A stretch of 12,367 nt of DNA from Promethearchaeia archaeon (GTDB taxonomy: Archaea > Asgardarchaeota > Lokiarchaeia > Sigyniarchaeales > SOKP01): the NCBI GenBank assembly GCA_046497275.1, contig JAWOFX010000169.1, positions 1-12,367 on the forward strand, given 5' to 3'. Shown piece after piece: positions 7,920-12,367 of this stretch (positions are counted from its first letter, which is position 1; every line of letters begins with the position of its first letter). The translations under genes and the position numbers were made by a program. Under the pieces are notes generated by a model, which was not told the origin of the DNA, did not search any database, and was given only the letters and a program-made list of their open reading frames with translations.

Positions 7920-8040
7920 TTTCAGCTACTTATATTAATATATTTTCCAAAAAAATATGATTATTACTTAAAATTTATGATTAATGCCTCAAATTTCTAA
8001 TCAAAAAAATATACAAATTTGTTATTCTGATAATAAGCTA

Positions 8041-8047
8041 TTTAAAA
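8041..8047 (+). promoter_or_regulatory. Candidate TATA box (TTTAAAA) for the PAP2-like gene
   Basis: Lies 22-28 nt upstream of the ATG at 8069. Confidence 0.45.
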
Positions 8048-8068
8048 TTTTAAGAGAAAAGTATAATT

Positions 8069-9139
8069 ATGTCAACTAAAGAAGATTTTAAGAATTCTAA
8101 AACGAAACTAGAAAAATTTTTATCACATTATATTGTTGTTGCTGGAATGGTTGGGATTTTTATCTTGGCCTTTCTGTTTCAACTCTTTTTTGAACATTTA
8201 GATGAAGTCTTCATCTCAACTATTTTGAGAAATGAATTTTTACGTCCTATTTGCGATCCTTTCTGGTTGATAATTTATTGGGGTACTGTTGCGCTCGTTT
8301 TTCTTTCTATAGCTGTTTATTTTGTTTTTGATAATAAAAGGGGATTAGGTTTAGCAATGGTAGCTATAGTCGTATTAGGGGGATTATTCTTAGGAGATGC
8401 ACTTAAATCATTTTTCGAACTCTTTGGAATTCAAAGACCCGATATTCCAATAGATTGGGTTCCAAATTTCTACGCTGATTTCTTGCCTACTCGAACAGAA
8501 ACAAGTGATTTTCCAGGTCAGTCAGTATTAGTTCCTGCGGCACTTTCAGTCTATTTTTATCTCAAAAAACCGAAGAAATGGAAAAAAATTGCATTTCCTA
8601 TCTATGTGGGTCTTATGATGTTTGCACGCCCTTATGTAGGCGTGAACCATTTTTCTGCAAATATCGCTGGTACAATAATAGGTATTTACATCGGATTAAT
8701 CGTCTATAAATTCACTCCACTAGTAAGGAATTTAGACATATTTGAAAATAAAATTTATAAATTACTAATATCAATTGGCGTATTTGGTTTGATGGTGATA
8801 ATCTATTCATATCAGCGTCCATTCTTAATAGAACCTGCTCAAGGGGTTGATCTTGATGTCAGAATGTTCATGATGGTCCTCGGAGGTTTCATTGGATTAT
8901 CTGTCACAGATTATCCCAAAGAGTTAGAATTCCAATTAGAAACAAGCGTCCATAAATTCAAACATTTAATCAGTATTATACTCTCTTATATCGTACTTTT
9001 TGGTTTATATGTATTTACCTTAATACTTGGACCAGCTTTACTCTGGTTAGGAATTATTATAGGTTTCATTGATGGGTTGTGGATTGCTATTGGTGGGCCA
9101 ATGTTGGTTGAATACATTAATAAAGAAACTATAGTTTAA
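8069..9139 (+). CDS. PAP2-superfamily-like integral membrane protein with degenerate catalytic motifs
   Basis: Multi-TM protein with LKSFFELFGIQRP (C1), SDFPGQS (C2 position), ARPYVGVNHFSANIAG (C3 position) and a further 4-TM C-terminal region like that of PAP2/glycerophosphoryl-type membrane proteins. Confidence 0.7.
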   Translation: MSTKEDFKNSKTKLEKFLSHYIVVAGMVGIFILAFLFQLFFEHLDEVFISTILRNEFLRPICDPFWLIIYWGTVALVFLSIAVYFVFDNKRGLGLAMVAIVVLGGLFLGDALKSFFELFGIQRPDIPIDWVPNFYADFLPTRTETSDFPGQSVLVPAALSVYFYLKKPKKWKKIAFPIYVGLMMFARPYVGVNHFSANIAGTIIGIYIGLIVYKFTPLVRNLDIFENKIYKLLISIGVFGLMVIIYSYQRPFLIEPAQGVDLDVRMFMMVLGGFIGLSVTDYPKELEFQLETSVHKFKHLISIILSYIVLFGLYVFTLILGPALLWLGIIIGFIDGLWIAIGGPMLVEYINKETIV

Positions 9140-9180
9140 TTTAAACAAAATAATATAAAAAATAACCAAATAATTTTCAA

Positions 9181-9185
9181 GAGGT
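9181..9185 (+). promoter_or_regulatory. Shine-Dalgarno GAGGT for the amidohydrolase
   Basis: GAGGT lies 7 nt before the ATG at 9193, in a 53-nt gap after the co-directional PAP2-like gene. This suggests co-transcription. Confidence 0.5.
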
Positions 9186-9192
9186 TAAAAAT

Positions 9193-10134
9193 ATGACAAT
9201 TGATTCACATGTTCATCTATTTTTTGAAGGAAGCGACCCTGAAGAATTTTTCATGGGATGTGCGAGAGCCGGAGTTTCAATATTTGGTAAAGATAAACCT
9301 AATGAAGAACATCAAGATGCGAGGCAACTGTATCTTCAACTGATGGATATTCTTTCAGATCAAGATGGAAGTAGATTAATTAAAGAAATGGATAAAGCAG
9401 ATATCGATAAAGCAATTCTCTTACCATTAGATTTCTGGTTGAAATATCCCAAAGCTGAATTTTCAGGAATTTCTATTAAAGAGAAAAATGAGATTTATGG
9501 AAAAGTTGTTGAAACATATCCTGATAGATTTAAAACATATTTTGGAATTGATCCAAGAAGAAAAGATGCCAGAATATTACTCGATATAGCAATGAAAAAA
9601 TGGCAACCTGTTGGGCTAAAGATTCATCCAACTGCAGGGTTTTATCCAGATGATCCAGCTTGCTATCCTTTATATGAGTTAGCAATAGAGTATAATTTAC
9701 CTATTTTGATTCATAGTGGGCAAGAACCCGCACCAATGGAAGCAAAATGGAGTCACCCAATGTATATCGATAAAGTAGCAGCAGATTTTCCAGAAGCGAC
9801 AATTATTGTGGCACATTGCGGACATGGGTGGTGGCGACAAACCTTGGATATGGCAATAATGAAACCAAATATGTATGTTGATTTTTCAGGCTGGCAACCC
9901 TTATTTAATATCAATCCAGATTATTTTTGGGAACCATTACGGTTTGCGATTGATACACTGGGACCATGGAGGGTTCTTTTTGGATCTGATGGAAGTATGT
10001 TAGATGTTTTTCTTTCTCCAAAAAAATGGGCAAAAGCAGTATCAAATCCTTCCAAAACAACAGATATAGAATTTACTGAGAGTGAGATTGAAATATTTAC
10101 AGAAAAAGCAGCAAAAAAATTATATAATCTTTAA
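9193..10134 (+). CDS. Amidohydrolase_2 family metal-dependent hydrolase (TIM barrel)
   Basis: Intact motifs IDSHVH, GLKIHP, LIHSG, VAHCG, NMYVDFS and RVLFGSDG. Confidence 0.92.
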   Translation: MTIDSHVHLFFEGSDPEEFFMGCARAGVSIFGKDKPNEEHQDARQLYLQLMDILSDQDGSRLIKEMDKADIDKAILLPLDFWLKYPKAEFSGISIKEKNEIYGKVVETYPDRFKTYFGIDPRRKDARILLDIAMKKWQPVGLKIHPTAGFYPDDPACYPLYELAIEYNLPILIHSGQEPAPMEAKWSHPMYIDKVAADFPEATIIVAHCGHGWWRQTLDMAIMKPNMYVDFSGWQPLFNINPDYFWEPLRFAIDTLGPWRVLFGSDGSMLDVFLSPKKWAKAVSNPSKTTDIEFTESEIEIFTEKAAKKLYNL

Positions 10135-10143
10135 TATTTACCC

Positions 10144-10190
10144 TTTTTCTTATATATTTAAATTTTTTTTAATTTAATTGGCTTTTTTTT
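10144..10190 (+). terminator. Oligo-T tracts, probable archaeal terminator after the amidohydrolase
   Basis: T5 at 10144-10148, T8 at 10163-10170 and T8 at 10183-10190, directly after the stop at 10134. Confidence 0.45.
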
Positions 10191-10230
10191 CAATTCGATT
10201 CTATAAATTTTGTTTAAATTTTAAAATTTT

Positions 10231-10246
10231 AAAGAATCGATTCTTT
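10231..10246. promoter_or_regulatory. Perfect 16-bp palindrome AAAGAATCGATTCTTT, candidate transcription-factor site
   Basis: The sequence is its own reverse complement. It abuts the TATA-like TTTTAATA (10244-10251) upstream of the flavin reductase-like gene. Confidence 0.35.
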
Positions 10247-10281
10247 TAATATTCAAAGAATTTATTATAACTAGATCTAAT

Positions 10282-10758
10282 ATGGCTGAAAACAGAAAAA
10301 TTATTAGTCCATATGATTATATCGAACATTTCTTTAGTCATACGGGTCTTTTAGTTTCTATGGGAAAGGATGGACAAAAGAATGTAATGGCATTAGATTG
10401 GAAGTCTATAGGAGAATTATGGCATATTCCCGTAATAACTATCGCAGTAGCACCAAGTCGCTATTCATTCAAATTGTTAACAGAAGGAATCAGAGCATTC
10501 ACTTTAAACATCCCTTCATCAAAAATTTCAGACGCAATTATGATTGCCGGATCTTCCTCCGGTAGAAATACTGATAAATTTAAGAAAGCAAATCTGAGCA
10601 TAATTGAAGGAAAAAGTATCCAAGTTCCTACTCTTCAAGATAGTTTATTAAGTTACGAATGTGAAATTGTTCACGAGACCAAATCAGGGAATATGGCTCC
10701 ACATCATCTATTCTTTGGTAAAATTATAAAATCATATGCTTCAAAAGAGATAACATAA
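10282..10758 (+). CDS. Flavin reductase-like (DIM6/NTAB, flavoredoxin-type) FMN-binding protein
   Basis: LLVS...NVMALDW...P.ITIAVAPSRYS...FTLNIP...AGSSSGRNTDKF...P.L...YECEI...HHLFFGKI matches the Flavin_Reduct split-barrel pattern. Confidence 0.9.
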   Translation: MAENRKIISPYDYIEHFFSHTGLLVSMGKDGQKNVMALDWKSIGELWHIPVITIAVAPSRYSFKLLTEGIRAFTLNIPSSKISDAIMIAGSSSGRNTDKFKKANLSIIEGKSIQVPTLQDSLLSYECEIVHETKSGNMAPHHLFFGKIIKSYASKEIT

Positions 10759-10885
10759 TAAATTGAAAATAAAATTAGTAATAATTTTTTTATTATTATT
10801 TATTTTTTCTAAAGATCTCATAAATATAGAAGTTAAAATCCAGTTTTCTCTTCTTTAGATTGATTAAATTACTTAATTATTATTT

Positions 10886-10903
10886 TTTACGATATGTCGT
10901 AAA
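10886..10903. promoter_or_regulatory. Candidate DtxR-family operator TTTACGA-TATG-TCGTAAA
   Basis: Perfect 7-bp inverted arms with a 4-nt spacer. It overlaps the BRE position just upstream of TATA-like TTAAATA (10906-10912) of the ZIP-DtxR operon. Confidence 0.6.
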
Positions 10904-10912
10904 GCTTAAATA
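10901..10912 (+). promoter_or_regulatory. BRE-TATA (AAAGCTTAAATA) of the ZIP-DtxR operon
   Basis: A purine run is followed by TTAAATA, 34-40 nt upstream of the ATG at 10946. Confidence 0.5.
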
Positions 10913-10945
10913 AAAACTCCATTTATAATATAATGAGAAATCATT

Positions 10946-11701
10946 ATGAATACTCTTTTGATAATAATTCTTTTTGGGTTTTTCATGAGCTTAATAGCTT
11001 GGATCGGATTAATCACTTTATCTATTAAAGAAAAAATATTAAGGAAAATTTTATTGGTTTTGGTGGCGTTCTCTGCAGGAGCTTTACTAGGTGGGGCATT
11101 TCTTCATTTATTGCCCGAAACTATTTACCACGGTGGTGATCCCATGACAACATGTATTTGGTTAATAATCGGATTCTCAATATTTTTTCTTTTAGAACAA
11201 TTTTTACAATGGCAACATCAACATAAAGTACCATCAGAATATAAAAAGCCTGTAGGTTATTTAATATTAGTTGCTGATGCATTACATAATTTTATTGGAG
11301 GGTTAGCAATTGCCAGTTCTTTTATGGTTAATTTCGAAGTAGGAGTCATTACATGGATTGCCGCAGCAGCTCATGAAATTCCTCAAGAATTAGGTGATTT
11401 TGGTATACTTCTGCATAGTGGATGGAAAAAAAGAAACGCGCTAATATTTAATTTTATTTCAGCATTAACAATAATTCCTGGAGGGATTATAACATTTTTT
11501 CTTTCTGCAAGTATAAACACAAGTTTTTTGCTACCTTTCGCTGCTGGAAACTTCATATATATTGCTGCTTCTGATTTAATTCCAGAAGTAAAACATGGAA
11601 AAGAAGATTATGGTGAATCAGTGATAACGAGATTAGGGCATTTTGTTGCATTTATAGTAGGTATCTTATTTATCTTAATGGTGAGAATTATTTTTGGATA
11701 A
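10946..11701 (+). CDS. ZIP-family (LIV-1-like) divalent metal transporter, probably Zn
   Basis: FSAGALLGGAFLHLLPE, short His loop QHQH, TM4 DALHNFIGG, TM5 HEIPQELGDF, FAAGNFIYIAASDLIPE. Confidence 0.93.
   Translation: MNTLLIIILFGFFMSLIAWIGLITLSIKEKILRKILLVLVAFSAGALLGGAFLHLLPETIYHGGDPMTTCIWLIIGFSIFFLLEQFLQWQHQHKVPSEYKKPVGYLILVADALHNFIGGLAIASSFMVNFEVGVITWIAAAAHEIPQELGDFGILLHSGWKKRNALIFNFISALTIIPGGIITFFLSASINTSFLLPFAAGNFIYIAASDLIPEVKHGKEDYGESVITRLGHFVAFIVGILFILMVRIIFG
11680..11684 (+). promoter_or_regulatory. Shine-Dalgarno GGTGA supporting the TTG start at 11694
   Basis: GGTGA lies 9 nt before TTG, inside the end of the ZIP gene. The two CDS overlap by 8 nt. An alternative ATG start is at 11724. 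Confidence 0.4.
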
Positions 11702-12143
11702 AATAGAAAACTTTAAGACTAATATGGCAGAACTCGACTATACAGTTATAAAATTTTTATTTAGAGAAAATAATCTTATAAAAATTGGAGTTCTTTCGGA
11801 TAAATTGGAAATTCCTCATTCTACTTTAGGAAGTTGTATCGGAAGACTTAAAAAAAAGGGTTTAGTAAAGTATGAACCCTATTATGAGGTCGAGCTTACT
11901 AATGAAGGTAAAGAATTGGCCAAAGAAATTTTAAGACATAAGCATTTACTTGAAATATTTTTTTATAGAGAATTACATCTCACTAAAGAAAAAGCACATG
12001 AAGAGAGCGAAAAAATTAATCTTGTATTCTCCTGTGAAACTATAAATAAAATATGTGAAAAATATGGTCATCCTAAAAAATGTCCTTGTGGAGAGACTAT
12101 TTTAAACTCATGTCTATGCTATTGCAAACAATCGAATTTTTAA
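11694..12143 (+). CDS. DtxR/MntR-family metal-dependent transcriptional regulator with Cys-rich C-terminus
   Basis: Winged HTH (LDY...PHSTLGSCIGRLKKKGLVKYEPY.EVELTNEG), dimerisation helix (LLE..F...L.L....AHEESE) and HPKKCPCG matching the family P..CPHG motif. The start is TTG 11694 or ATG 11724. Confidence 0.88.
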   Translation: MDKIENFKTNMAELDYTVIKFLFRENNLIKIGVLSDKLEIPHSTLGSCIGRLKKKGLVKYEPYYEVELTNEGKELAKEILRHKHLLEIFFYRELHLTKEKAHEESEKINLVFSCETINKICEKYGHPKKCPCGETILNSCLCYCKQSNF

Positions 12144-12147
12144 TCTC

Positions 12148-12155
12148 TTTTTTTT
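12148..12155 (+). terminator. T8 tract, probable archaeal terminator of the ZIP-DtxR operon
   Basis: Eight consecutive T begin 5 nt after the stop codon at 12143. Confidence 0.5.
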
Positions 12156-12367
12156 CTAATTATAACTATCTAAAATAATTAATACTTATAATTCAATAAG
12201 ATTCCAGAATTTCATTAATAAGAGTATTTAAGATTTAGGAATATATATCTATATATTCGATTTTTAAATCCATTAAATTTTATAAATTTATGTTATAATC
12301 CGCGACACAACGGAATAATTAAACAAAAGAGATATTTTTAAATACAATTGAAAACTTTTTGAGTAAT

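Noticed and set aside
111-7939. Recurrent ATATTAAT in intergenic regions (111, 164, 2515, 4108, 7932)
   Set aside because: An AT-only word whose count is close to chance in such AT-rich spacers.
4823-8068. Both divergent intergenic regions are exactly 149 bp
   Set aside because: No sequence similarity between them beyond AT richness; treated as coincidence.
10808-10859. 8-bp inverted repeat TCTAAAGA/TCTTTAGA upstream of the ZIP promoter
   Set aside because: The intervening 36 nt do not pair, and it is too short to support an RNA element or MITE.
12239-12258. Palindrome GAATATATA-TC-TATATATTC
   Set aside because: Mostly a TA dinucleotide run, which is self-complementary by composition. The downstream gene is outside the window.
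12297-12314. CGACACAACG as a second copy of the DtxR operator
   Set aside because: The core matches 8 of 10 but the flanks do not (about 11 of 18 overall), and the symmetry is lost.
1-12367. CRISPR array, transposase, integrase, tRNA/rRNA, eukaryotic-signature or known defence genes
   Set aside because: No repeat-spacer periodicity, terminal repeats, tRNA arms or diagnostic protein motifs were seen.

Overview
AT-rich window with ten intact protein-coding genes and no tRNA, rRNA, CRISPR array, transposase or integrase that I can support. Archaeal-type TATA boxes lie about 22-30 nt upstream of several start codons, and GAGGT/GGTGA ribosome-binding sites precede internal genes. This points to an archaeon; the low GC and protein style suggest Lokiarchaeia/Asgard (inference only). 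Gene order: APC amino-acid permease with an extra ~6-TM C-terminal module (-); degenerate amidohydrolase barrel fused to a YjbQ/UPF0047 domain (-); 4-TM + GAF-like sensor with no output domain (-); large calcineurin-like metallophosphoesterase (+); PfkB sugar kinase (-); PAP2-like membrane protein lacking catalytic His residues (+); intact Amidohydrolase_2 enzyme (+); flavin reductase-like protein (+); ZIP metal transporter (+); DtxR/MntR-family regulator with a Cys-rich tail (+). The most unusual elements are (1) the pseudo-amidohydrolase::YjbQ fusion, (2) a DtxR homolog that has lost its canonical primary metal ligands but carries CPCG/CLCYC, plus a candidate palindromic operator over the ZIP promoter, (3) a pseudo-PAP2, and (4) an output-less sensor divergent from a Lys/Arg-rich metallophosphoesterase. 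All family calls come from motifs recognised by eye; no database search was run.
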